DNA of 64,000 bases from Paraspadella gotoi (Eukaryota > Animalia > Chaetognatha). Below the pieces are notes generated by a model that saw nothing but the letters and a program-made list of their open reading frames with translations, searched no databases and was not told where the DNA came from. Made by a program: the position numbers and the translations under genes. The stretch spans positions 19,435 through 83,434 of the forward strand of contig JBJCIZ010000824.1 of NCBI GenBank assembly GCA_051294375.1, read 5' to 3'. Positions 1-11,475 of this stretch are shown here, piece after piece. Numbering within the stretch: position 1 is the first letter of the stretch; every line of letters begins with the position of its first letter.

Positions 1-306
1 ATCGCTCGAAAGGGAAAACGCACCGAAACGAAAATCGAAGTCACAAACCATCGAAATCGAAGAAATGCCCGAGGTCTGAGGTAAGTTCATCTATTACTCA
101 TGTGCATAAGTAAACAAATTCATTTCGTTCGAATCTGCAAACTATTCAATTCGTTCAACAGCATTCGGTCGGATATTCATCACAATTCGAAAGCAACATG
201 CATTAAAAACTATTGTATGAAATTCAATCGTATAAATATAAGATAAAGAATCGGCACAAATTAATATCGTTCAAAAATAAGATAAAAATAAAATCGATTT
301 ACTACA
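1..306 (-). repeat. Possible 3' LTR of family A (truncated by window edge)
   Basis: On the minus strand a purine-rich tract AAAAGAAACGAAA (319-307) is followed by TGTAG at 306, about 60 nt after the SGNH ORF stop. No second copy in the window to confirm. Confidence 0.35.
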
Positions 307-366
307 TTTCGTTTCTTTTGTATTAACTCCACGAAGGTGAGTTAATGTCGTGAAAAGTCAAATTCT

Positions 367-1019
367 CTATCGATTAGACGGTCTCGGCTGCTGCGGCCAC
401 TCCAATCCCTTCCAAGAGACTGTCCGTGTCGTTCCCAAAACCCAAATAGGTTTGTCCTTCAGCTGCTGCTCATCTTCACAAAATAGTATTCGGTCTAAAA
501 CGTCAAAAAGGATCCTCGTCCCTTGAGCATTTAGGTGAGTTCGATCGTTTTCGTACAAGTTGTTATCTTATATTCATTCTACCATACCTTTTGGTACGGA
601 AACAATTTTGCAAGGCATGGAAATGCAAAGCACTCATCTTGAACATTCTGCTATCAATCTCCGCTGCAGCATGATTGAACGTCTGTCGACCTGTTTTAAA
701 GTCACGACTAATTAGAGTCATCGTCACTACCCTCATTGCAGGGAAACGACTGCACGCCTCCCTCACAAATGCAGACAACTGATCCAGATACACATCGGCA
801 TTCAACTTGGAGCTAACTCGTTTCCACCTCCTATAAACACCATCGTATGATAGTATACATCATTCCTGGCAATTGCTTCGTGAAAATGCGGGAACGTCCA
901 CCGCTGATCGCCGTAGTCGTCGTCCAAGGAATGACGCCATGAAGACGCGAGACGTGGCTGTCGCCGAGGACCCAAAATTTGTCGGCAGCGTTCTTATCGA
1001 CCGTTACTTTCCGCCCCAT
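367..1019 (-). pseudogene. SGNH/GDSL hydrolase-like ORF of family A (frameshifted copy)
   Basis: ORF pieces 831-1055, 563-805 and 367-558 join into the same protein as intact 43157-43867, with VLGDSH, ISGG and NDRTHL. Confidence 0.85.
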
Positions 1020-1128
1020 CAATTGGTATGTCGCTGTAAAGTAAATAAATAACAATGGTAATTAGAAATTAACACCTCAATTAATTCCATCTTAAATTAT
1101 TTTGTTTTCACCGATTCGAAATAAGTTA

Positions 1129-2578
1129 TCAATCCTGATTAATTTTAATGATAACATCAATCGCTTGATTCTTAGTTAAATGAGAACGAATCAATTGGCA
1201 AACAGGAAGAAGTATTATAGTGTTATCTATAACATTTCTTACTTTGTACATTCCTGTACCCACTCTTTCGATTACTTCAAAGGCTGCAATAATTTTCTTT
1301 TGCAATTTCTTATTCATATTAGTTGCAAATGCCATTCTCTTTCGAAATACCACATCACCTTTCCTCAACGCTTCCGTTCGATCGCGAGGTTGAGATGTTG
1401 CTGATAAGTTAACAAATTTGTGTATGCAGCAAGTCGGATGTTTTTATGAGTCTCCAATAACAGGTTGAACTCTTCTTCTATTGCAGTGCTTCCTTCAAAG
1501 GGATCCATCTCTGGAGTCAATGCTTTCATTGCATGTCGTCGAGTTACCTGGAACGGACTCTTTCCTCCCAGAGAAATCGAAGGACACATGTTTATCGAAA
1601 ACTCAACCTTCTTTAAAATTTTCGCCCATTTACGTAAGTCAGGTTCGTTCTCTAACCATTTTAATATACGTATTAACATATTTGGTTTAATCGTTCAGAA
1701 TAGGCTTGGTGTCGACTAACATATGTACTCTGTTGCACCTTTACACCCAACTTTTTCAAAATTATTCGATCTATTTTACGTTGTGTAACACACTTACCGT
1801 CAATGGAAACGCAGTCCCATAACCCAAGATTCAAATATCTTCATAAAAGCCTGGGCTACGTCTTCGGCAGAAGTCGATTTAATTGCAATTAGAAAAGACT
1901 CTCTACTATATGAATCTCTGGCAGAGAAAATAAACCTAAACCCTTGAGAATTTACCAGAGGTCCCAATATATCGCAAGATAAGATCTGTCTGGGACCCAT
2001 CGGCATCATCGTAGAAGGTTTTCTTTTATCGTCGGTTTAATATTGTAACTGATACATATATGACATATTCTAATATTATTAATAATAATGCGTCTCATAC
2101 CTGGTGCATAATATTTATTCGCAATTAGTTTAAAAACAGTATTTGCGTTGCAGTGTCCATAGTCGTCATGTACCTTTTCAGTTATCTCAGTCAAATATTT
2201 GGTATCAATTAAAATAAGTTTATCTATGTCGCCATTTTCTTTAGGGAAAAGTCGAATGATAACGCCTTGATCATTAATCCGAAACAAGGATATATGTCGT
2301 AATATCGTTAGGTCCAGGGATTCTAATAGTAACGTATCGCTTTTGTTTGGATGCGAGTCTTTGTCGTCAATCCATTTTCTCCATTTAGATATCTGGGATG
2401 AATCGCTTTGTAATTTCAGTATTTTATCTTTATCGTCCTCCTTCAAAGTCGGAAGTTGTATATCATCAAAATCTTTATTTGTTTCTAATACAGGTTTATT
2501 AGAGAGCAAATCATTAGTACTTGTCACTTTAATATAATCGGTACTCGTATTTGTCCTTTGTTTCAAAGATTTATACAA
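1129..2578 (-). pseudogene. pol: Integrase of family A
   Basis: HHCC zinc finger (HDDYGH...CHIC), SCDILGP, SIDG and AYSER catalytic motifs, and a GxY-like C-terminal segment (FEVIERVGTGMYKVRN). Confidence 0.88.
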
Positions 2579-2989
2579 TTACAACAACAAGACAATGTTC
2601 GATAGGCATTTCGCTTAGTCCTTTACAATTACATTTGGTACATGGTTCCGATAAAACATCTTTCACCTCCGTTTTCCTTACCTTACCTTTTGCTTCATGT
2701 CGTTGCCCCGTTGCAGGCTGCTCGATCTGTTTTTTCAACTGCGGCGGCCCCTGACGTGCAACGGACTCCAATTCCAGCTCCGTTTCCCAAAACCAGTTAA
2801 CGGGTAAACATCTGTCTCTTGCGAATTTATTTTGTTTATCTTAGCTAAGGGCCCTCTTTTCCCCCCTTTGAAAAATAAATTCAATTCATTAGTTTCTCCT
2901 CAGAGAAAACATTATCGTTGGGGATCTGTTCCCCAAGTGAGTTTCGTATTATAACATTCTGAAAAACATTCTTAGCTTCAGGCTTTTAA

Positions 2990-5480
2990 GTTATTTTCAC
3001 TCGATTCTAAATTCCTTGAGTAATTGATCGCAGCATTAAGAGTCGAAGGTATAAAAGCACCGTTATATCATATTCTTGAATATAATTCAAAGCCCTCGCC
3101 ACTCTCTTCACTCACTATATCCATACTTAACCAATACGAAACGACTCTAGAGTCAACAAAAACATGGTTCGGCACCCAAGTAAATAATGTTTTAAATGCT
3201 TAAGAGACTCGGACAATGAAAATAATTCTTTCAGGCAAATAGGAAGCAAAAGATCGCCGCCCGCAAAAGATTTAGAATAATATTGAATCAAATATAACCT
3301 TTTCTCATCAGGATCGGCACCCTGCAGTACTTCGATATCAGAAGGTCGCTGCAGCTGACACAGCACGCTACCCAAAGCAGTGCGGCTTGCATCCGTGAAA
3401 GAACGAATTCCTCAATCCTCTTCCTCCACAGCAGATCGTAGAACTCCCGTTCGATCGTCTAACAGAATTTTCACACATCGGTGGAATGCTTTCTCCTCTT
3501 CCTCGCCCCATTTGAATCGAACGCTACTCTTCGCCATCGCTCTCAGCGGCAGAGCAGCGTCCCTGAGTAACGCAGTACCTGAAAACCACGCAAGTAGTCC
3601 CAAGAAACTCTTCAGTTGCTCTTTCGACGACGGAGGCTTCAACTGTTGCAAAGACGTCGTCTTATGGGAAGGAAGTCGATGAATACTTTTGAACGAAACA
3701 CAATAGCCCANNNNNNNNNNNTTCTTAAGTCCAAGCGAAACTTTGGCGGCCTTGAACTTCAGATTGAAATAACTCATAGTCGCAAAAAACTGATCCATAT
3801 GCAATAGATGCAAGTCGTGAGTCATGCTGTAGATGATGAAATCATCGACGAAAACGCGGCAAAAATCAACCATTTTCGNNNNNNNNNNATCGGAAACCTT
3901 CTGCGCATCTTGTGGAGCCGACTTCAAGCCCATGGCGACCACACAGAAACGATAAATCTCGTTGTCGGCGTAAAAACAGGTGAGGTCGCGACTCGCAGGC
4001 GCAAGAGCAATCTGCCAGAAATAATCTGTGGCGTCACAGCAAGAAAACAGCTTCTTGCAACTCGCAGCAGCCAGAATATCATCCATCAATTTCATTCTAT
4101 ACGCACGCGTCTCAATCAATTTGTTTACCAAACGATAATCGATAGTCAGACGATTCTTCAATCTTGTTTCTCCAGTCGCAGGGTTCGTAACATGTCGGCT
4201 GACGATATGAGGATTCGAAATGAATTTAGAATCTAACGTTTTCTCAATTATACCGGCTTTCAAAAGTTTTTGTACATAATCTTTTAATATTTCAAGTTTG
4301 GCAGGAGNNNNNNNNNNATATCTATCAATCGTCGGTGGAGGATCATTAATTATGGGAAGTTCAACAGGGGGAAGATTCACCTTTTCTATCATTTGTCTCC
4401 ATTTACCTGCCCAAAACACTCCTCTATAATTCCAAACAATATCTTTATATTTTTCAAGATAGTAATTAGCCTTTTCAGAGCCTAATTCCCACAATTCTTT
4501 CTCTAAATCTTTCCAATCAAACTGAGACAAAAATTCATTTCGGTCAGGCCAATATTCATTCGAACTATTTTTCTTCAATTCAGCCTCCCTATTTATCTCA
4601 AAATCCGGGAAAACAAGATCCGGCGCAGAAGACTTCGGCGGTGGTGAAAACTTCACTCCATTCTCCATCACATCATCCGCTTGATGGGAAGTCAACTTTG
4701 AACCCTTGGGTAAGTCATCCACGTCAATCGGAGATGTCGAACTTACGTTTGAATCTATCACCTTGTGAATTATTGTTACATCTTTTGATTCATCCGTTTC
4801 CTCAAAAACCACTTCTCCAATAACCTGCCTAGCTCTCAGAGACCTTTCTGTTTTATTCTTGTTCATAANNNNNNNNNNGTAAACCTTTTCTTTTCTCTCA
4901 TAGGTAACGCCCAAGACATGAACCCCATCCTTCGGCTCTATACCCACTAAAGAATGAAGACAATCATCAAAGTTGTGATCGCTAATCTCCACTTCAACCG
5001 GAGTGAGGCAAGCTGGTTCGAGTGTTTTCGACGTAAGTGGGAAGAATGTGATGTTTTGTTTCCCATCTCGATCATTCGTAACTTCACCTTTGGCTTCCCG
5101 TTCCAAACTAATTCATTCGTTCGCCTTTATTTCCAAAACACGAGTCCACGTCTCAATATTACAATCATTATTATCCCATCACATCACTTCCCAACAAAGT
5201 TGGACTTTCATATCCCATAACATAAGCGAAAACATTCAATTCCATTTTGTTTAATTTTAATGTTATCATAACATATTCGGAACAGGATATTTCACCTCCT
5301 ATGCCAACTAAAATCTTCGGCGTAGTTAATCTTAATATGTTTAATTTTAATCTAAGGCATTATTGTTTAGAAATCACAGTTCGATCGCTGCCCGTATCGA
5401 CCTCAAAACAAATAACACGAAAACCGTTTCTATTGTTTATATTTCTATCTCACATTTCAAACACAGGCAAGATTAACAGA
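2990..5480 (-). pseudogene. pol: Protease-RT-RNase H of family A
   Basis: VDTGSDRTVIS protease (~5380-5410); RT motifs RLTIDYRLVN, CDATDYFWQI, MGLKSAP, FVDDFII; thumb LKSFLGLLAW; RNase H FTDASRTALGSVL, KELFSL, NAADQLSR. Confidence 0.92.
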
Positions 5481-5652
5481 TTTCCTTGACGACGTACTTT
5501 ACTCTTTCGTCATACCTCACCAGAACCCTTTAACCCTATGTACCCGTTCTAGTCAATCGAGTCAGATTTCAGTGACAATAGTCCTCAAAATCGTCTGCTA
5601 TAAATGTCCATCCTTTACGCTTTATTTTCCCTTCCTCCCGCCTCCTTCTCTT

Positions 5653-6674
5653 TTAATTCTCGTTTCGTTTCTTTTCGCTTTCAAAAGAGAGTAAAATTAT
5701 TCGAGCCATTCTACAGCCTAAAGAGAAATGTTTCGCTTTCTGCACATCTTTCTTACAAAACAAGCATCGTTTCTTAGGACATTTCATGGCCATGTGATCT
5801 TCGTCAAAACAATTCCAGCACACATTTCTTCCGATGTTTTTCTTTTCAGCCAATTCGATATACCGCGATTTCTTTTGAACCATCGCAAAAGATTTCGATT
5901 TACATTCCTCATCCTCACTTCCCTCGCTTTCGAAAAGAAAACCATCATCCTGGTCCGCAACGGAAAAAAAACCTTCGGTCGGTCAGTCCGCATCCAAAAC
6001 GCGAACGATCATTCACAGAATTTCTAAGGCCACATGCATAACCCACGAGCTCCCTAAACGTATAACTAGTATAATTCGAACGTACTAAAGCGGCGCCAAT
6101 CATTCGATCAGTCAGATAAACTTCAAAGACTGAGAATCAACATCCCGCTCCAGTTTCAGACAGAAAATACGAAAACGTCTAGCATATTCCATAATTGTAT
6201 CGCTACCCTGCTTCAGACGACGAAAACCCTGCTCGAGCTCCGTCTGGGGACTAGGGAAAGTAAGGCGGAAAACCTCAGCAAAGAAATTTTCCAAATCAAA
6301 ATCATCAGATTGGGACATCCATTCAAACGTCGCATCAGCATTCGCACGCACATGATTACGACAATGCAAACTAGCAACCAAGCATCGAACCTGTTCGCTT
6401 TCATCACCAAAATATTTCTTAATGTCGCCTTTCAAAATAGATTCATTCGTAATATACTCAATAATATCTTTAGAACTGGATAAAGTAGTTTTTATAATTT
6501 TATACGAATCGGTCAAAACGCCTCTAATTCCTTTTCCTCTCGTTGCAGATGACGACTCACCAGGGCGAGGAGCCCTCGAAGGCGCAGACCCCGAAGTCGT
6601 CGGCGCCCAACCAGGTGCAGCATCCCCGCAAGATGGCGGCGGCGGCGGAGCGGAACCGACTCGTCCCCACGCCG
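5653..6674 (-). pseudogene. gag: Gag of family A with two zinc knuckles
   Basis: Retrotransposon gag motif LKQGSDTIMEYARRF; CWNCFDEDHMAMKC (Cx2Cx4Hx4C) and CLFCKKDVQKAKHFSLGC (Cx2Cx8Hx4C). Confidence 0.88.
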
Positions 6675-7038
6675 NNNNNNNNNNNNNNNNNNNNNNNNNN
6701 NNNNNNNNNNNNNNNNNNNNNNNNNNNNNNNNNNNNNNNNNNNNNNNNNNNNNNNNNNNNNNNNNNNNNNNNNNGATCTCTTAAATACTACTTTTGACCA
6801 ATAAGAAGCTAGAATTGAGGTTAGGAAAAATAAGAAAACTTTAAACCAATAGGAAAGCAGGAATTATTAAGTTACGATTCTGACTCTAAATATAGGTTCG
6901 TTTCCTCGATTCGAACGGACACAGTTAAACTCAGATAAAATCATTAAATATCTCTAACAGTATCCTTTCGTTTCGTTGTGTTATGAGATTAGCAAAATAT
7001 TTGTTTTGTTACAACAACAATTTTATTTGACATAAAAA

Positions 7039-7080
7039 ACAGACGTGTTTTCGACTCTGTTTCAAGTCTTTATCAGTGCA
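7039..7080 (-). ncRNA. Degenerate minimal hammerhead ribozyme-like motif
   Basis: Minus strand reads UGCA-CUGAUAA-A-GACU(ugaaacag)AGUC-GAAA-ACACG-UC-UGU. The core CUGAUGA has a G>A change. Confidence 0.4.
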
Positions 7081-7749
7081 TTCAAGAGCCAGAGTTAAAG
7101 AAAAAATACCATTAAATACTTTAGTTTGTTTTAAACCTTAATATTTTAAATTTAAAGTTAAATTATAAAATTAACCGATCTTAACGGTTAACCGTTAAAA
7201 ATTTTAGTTTTAACGGTTAAGCAAATTTCCTAAAAAATTAATGGTTATCGGAACTCTACTTTTGATTTCTTTCTTTTTTTCTGGGTGCCTCTGCTGCTGC
7301 CGCTGCTGATTCATCCGAAAACGATTTAGATTCTCTCTCTCTTTCTCTTTCTTTTTTTTTCTCAGGGGCTGCATCTGCTGATCAGTTTATTTTTTTACAA
7401 TGAAAATTTGTTTTTCTTCTTTTTTTTTCAGAAACTAACTTTAATTTTCCTCAGTACTTTATTATTTTTTTTTCTCTCTCTCTTTTTTTCTCTCTCTTTC
7501 TCTTTTTTCTCTCTTTCTTTTTTTTTCTCAGGGGCTGCGTCTGCTGATCAGTTTATTTGACAATGAAAAAGTTCTCTCTTGCTGCTTCTGCTAATTCGTC
7601 CGAAAATGATTTGGCTTCTCTCTCTCTCTGCGTTTCTATTTAAAAAAAAAAGAATTAGGATTGAACTCGTAAAATTAAGCATGGCATTCGTGAATGTTAT
7701 CATTTTGCTATCGCAACATCGGATTTTTTTATTCTTTTTTCTCGTCACT

Positions 7750-8170
7750 CTCTCTTTTTTTTCTTTCCTTTTTGTTTTTTTTTCTATTCTTTCTTTCCTT
7801 TTTATTCTTTCTTTCCTTTTTATTCTTTTTTCCTTTATATTCTCTCTTTCCTTTCTATTCTCTCTTTCTATTCTATTCTTTCTTTCCTTTATATTCTTTC
7901 TTTCCTTCTATTCTTTCTTTTCTTTCTTTTCTTTTTTACCTTTTTATTCTTTTTTTTTCTATTCTTTCTTTCCTTTCTATTCTTTCTTTCCTTTCTATTC
8001 TTTCTTTCCTTTTTATTCTTTCTTTCTTTTTTATTCTTTCTTTCTTTTCTTTCTTTCCTTTATATTTTTTCTTACCTTTCTATTCTTTCTTTCCTTTCTA
8101 TTTTTTCTTACCTTTCTATTCTTTCTTTCCTTTCTATTCTTTTTTATATTTATTCTTTTCTTTTTTTTTT
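7750..8170. repeat. Pyrimidine-rich minisatellite (~18-bp TTTCTTTCCTTTCTATTC-like unit)
   Basis: Repeated unit visible; it produces spurious Phe/Ser/Leu ORFs. Confidence 0.85.
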
Positions 8171-8277
8171 CTGTTTTTAAATTTTTTTTTCTCAAATTTG
8201 ATTTTTTTAGTATCAAAATTTGTCATCAATCCAGATTTTTCTCATGCGATTGCAACGATCCTTATGCTTTTAAGATT

Positions 8278-8970
8278 TTTTAGTCTGATCTGTTTATCTG
8301 CAGATCCCGACTCTATAATTCACTTTGTTGCTCCGTCGGTCCGTCCCCTAAATCTTATCGGGCATTCACTTATATCATGTCAGAACATCGAATTATGATA
8401 AATTATGCAAAAAAAATGATGTCCATCTGTCTTTCCGTCCATCTGTTCATCCCACCTTAGCAAAAAACACTAATTACTCGTGATTTGATGGATGGAATGA
8501 AATTTTTTGTGAGGGTAGGGAAGTGTGTGATTGAGCTGGATATGAAGTTTTGATAGAAACGTCCTAGTGGAAATGAGTTTAAATGGAAAAAACAAAAAAA
8601 TATATTTCACTATTTGAACGCCAATTAAATGGAAAAACCTAAAAAACCTGTTTCACTATTTGATTATGCTTATTTTCTTTTTGTATTAAATGTAAATGCA
8701 AGATGTATTAATTAATCAAATAACTAATCAGTTAATTAATCAATTAGTCAATTAATTAATAATTAAATAATCAGTCAATCAATTAAGTCAATCATTATCG
8801 GCATTATTCTCATCGTCGTCATTGCTTTTGTCATGGTTAGTGACGAAAAGACCTAAAAACAAACATTTGGGATCAAATTAAATAATTAATTGCCTAATTA
8901 ATTATTTAATTATTAATTAATTACCGATAATGATCGTGGGCAGATCCGACATTGTTTGCTCAAACTTATT
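8278..8970 (+). mobile_element. Helentron-associated non-autonomous element (DINE-1/HINE-like), copy 1
   Basis: Starts TTTTAGTC(T)GATCTG, has a GTCC-type microsatellite, and ends with the inverted subTIR GGCAGATCCGAC plus a short hairpin (GTTTGCTCAAAC) in a T run. Confidence 0.7.
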
Positions 8971-9095
8971 TCATTGTATATAAAAGTAAAAAGCCCAAAA
9001 AAACTTTTTCAACTCATTTTATTATTGTGTATCAAATCGTTCAGACAGGACAGGACATTAACCTTTGTCTTGATATAGGGTCCCCCCCTGTATTG

Positions 9096-9590
9096 AGGCG
9101 TAGTGAATGTTACATACAAAAATTCTAAAAGTCAATTATGAACAACATACAATCAGTAAACATTAATTTGAAAAAAAAGGTATGTTTTTTTAATTTTTGC
9201 AGTAGGCTATATTTATATATAGTACTGTTTTTATAAAATTGTAAAAAATTCAAAATAGGCTTTTCTTAATTTTGATTGCAGATTTGAATTCCTCGTCAAA
9301 AGTTGATAAAAGAAAATATAAATTATTTCATTAAGTGTGTTTAAAATTAAAAAAACTATTTAATATATAAAAAGTTAATTTTCAGCTTAAAATATAGCTT
9401 TTTCTAATTTTTGACCCACTTAATGAAGGAATTTTTCAAAAAGAGTTATATTTCTCTTCATCAACTTTTTATGACGAATCCAAATCTGCAAAAAAATCTT
9501 AGAAAAAACTGTTTTGAAATTTTAACATTTATTGGTTTAGTACTAGTATAAATATGGCCTACTGCGTAAATTGTAAAATTTATTATAAAT
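9096..9590 (+). repeat. AT-rich interspersed repeat, inverted relative to 15350-15905
   Basis: AGGCGTAGTGAATGTTACAT... matches the reverse complement of ...ATGTAACTTTCACTACGCCT. The match resumes at ~10596-10625 after HINE copy 2. Confidence 0.75.
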
Positions 9591-10595
9591 TTTTAGTCGG
9601 ATCTGCTTATCAGCAGATCCAGACTCTATAATTCACTTTGGTGGTCCGTCGATCCGCCCCCTCAAAATTGTCGGGCACTAACTTATATCATGTCAGAACA
9701 TCAAATTATGATAAATTATACCAAAAAAAATGATGTCCGTCCGTCCGTCCGTCCGTCCGTCCGTCCCACCTTAGCAAAGAACTCCAATTACTCGTGATTT
9801 GATGGATGGATTGGTATGAAATCTCGTGTGTGGATAGGAAACTGTGTGATTGAGATGGATATAAAGTTTCGAGGGAATCGTGCGAGTGGAAATCAGTTTA
9901 AATGGAAAAAACAAAAAAATATATTTCACTATTTGAACGCCAATTGCTCATGAGTGGATAGGGCAATTGACTTGAAATTTTGTAAGATGGTAGGAAAGTG
10001 TGTGATTGAGCTGGATATAAAGTTTACTTGAAGTATTTTTACTTTAATTTACTCATAATTATTATGTTTATTAAAAATTGGATATATAAATCGAAATTGA
10101 ATTTTGTGTGTGGGTAGGAAAGTATGTGATAAAGCTGGATATAAATTGTTTGATGGAATCGTAGGAGTGGAAAAGAGTTCAAATTAGAAAATCAAAAGAC
10201 ACATTTATTGGAATATTTTAAAGTTTCTCTCTCTCTATCTCTCTCTGAATGATTGATTGATTGATTGACCAAATTATGCCAATTGACAAAAATATGGCAG
10301 TTGACCAAATTCTTAAAGTTTACCAAATTATGCCTATTGACCAAATTATGCCAGTTGACCAAATTAGGCCAGTTGATAAAATTATGCCAGTTGACCAAAT
10401 TATGCCGGTTGATCAAATTATCTTAATTGATCAAATTATGTCAGTTGACCAAATTATGTAAGTTGACCAAATTATGTCAGTAGACCAAATTAAGTCAGTT
10501 AACCAAATTATGTCAAATTATGCAAGTTGACCAAGTTAGCTTATTACCACTTAATTATCGTAGGCAGATCCGACATGTTTGCTCAAACTTGTTTT
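9590..10595 (+). mobile_element. DINE-1/HINE-like element, copy 2, with internal 18-bp minisatellite
   Basis: subTIRs GTCGGATCTGC...GCAGATCCGAC; (GTCC)n at ~9736-9765; GTTGACCAAATTATGCCA repeats at ~10262-10540. Inserted in a T run of another repeat. Confidence 0.75.
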
Positions 10596-11378
10596 ATTAC
10601 ATAAATGTCATTAGTATAATGTTGTTTGTTCTTCAATTTTAGAATTTTAATTAAAGTTAAATTTAGAAATTTTACTATGCCTTACCCTGTAAGTTTAAAT
10701 AAAAAAGAAAAAGACTCGTTTTACTATTTGATTTTCTTTTTTTTATATGAAATGAAAATAGTAGTTATAAAAACGAATAAATACATAAATTCTTTAAAAA
10801 AATAATTAAATAATAATTGAATCAAATAATGAATTAATTTTGCACAGTAGTTAGGGTTGATAATACTTGTTGCTTATCATTACTTACTGCTTACTGTTAT
10901 TTAAATAATAAATATATTAATTAAATAATTAATTAGTTCGCTAATTGAATAATTATATAATTTTTTTATTATCTGCCTATCATTACTTATTGCTTAATAA
11001 TTAATCAAATCAATGTATGAAATAAATAATTGATTAGTTAATCATCTGATTCGATTCTTTGATCGTCGCTTCATCGTCGCTCTCGCCATCGCAACTGCTT
11101 CCTCATCGCATCTGCTTCCTCATCGTTTGTTCATCCCGATCCTGACCGAGGCTTAATTTTTTCTTTAGACAGTAAACTACCATACAAAAACGCTGAGGGG
11201 ATTCGCCTCCTGTTTCTTCTTCATCCCTTTTCTTCATCCTTTTCGTTACAGGGCTCATTGATTTTCGTGATTTTCTTTCCTTATTATTCCTATTCTTGCA
11301 TTTTGCTTATAACTCGACGTCGCTTTCTCAATATACGCTTTACCTTTTATTTTTTGTTCTATTATTTCTCAAGGATAC

Positions 11379-11396
11379 TTATTATTATTATTATTA

Positions 11397-11473
<77 letters not shown>
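11379..11473. repeat. (TAT)n microsatellite
   Basis: Directly visible. Confidence 0.98.

Positions 11474-11475
<2 letters not shown>

Larger units (their letters stand above)
1..6674 (-). mobile_element. Ty3/Gypsy LTR retrotransposon family A, copy 1 (frameshifted; gag-PR-RT-RH-IN plus SGNH ORF)
   Basis: Minus-strand order: gag, zinc knuckles, DTG protease, RT, RNase H, integrase, extra ORF. PR-RT-RH-IN order and motifs fit Ty3/Gypsy. The 5' end runs into an N gap. Confidence 0.92.

Noticed and set aside
6775-6960. 5' LTR of family A copy 1
   Set aside because: Does not match 1-306 and is separated from gag by a gap; no PBS seen.
7579-8398. Two 234-aa Phe/Leu/Ser-rich 'membrane protein' ORFs
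   Set aside because: Translations of a pyrimidine minisatellite that lacks stop codons.
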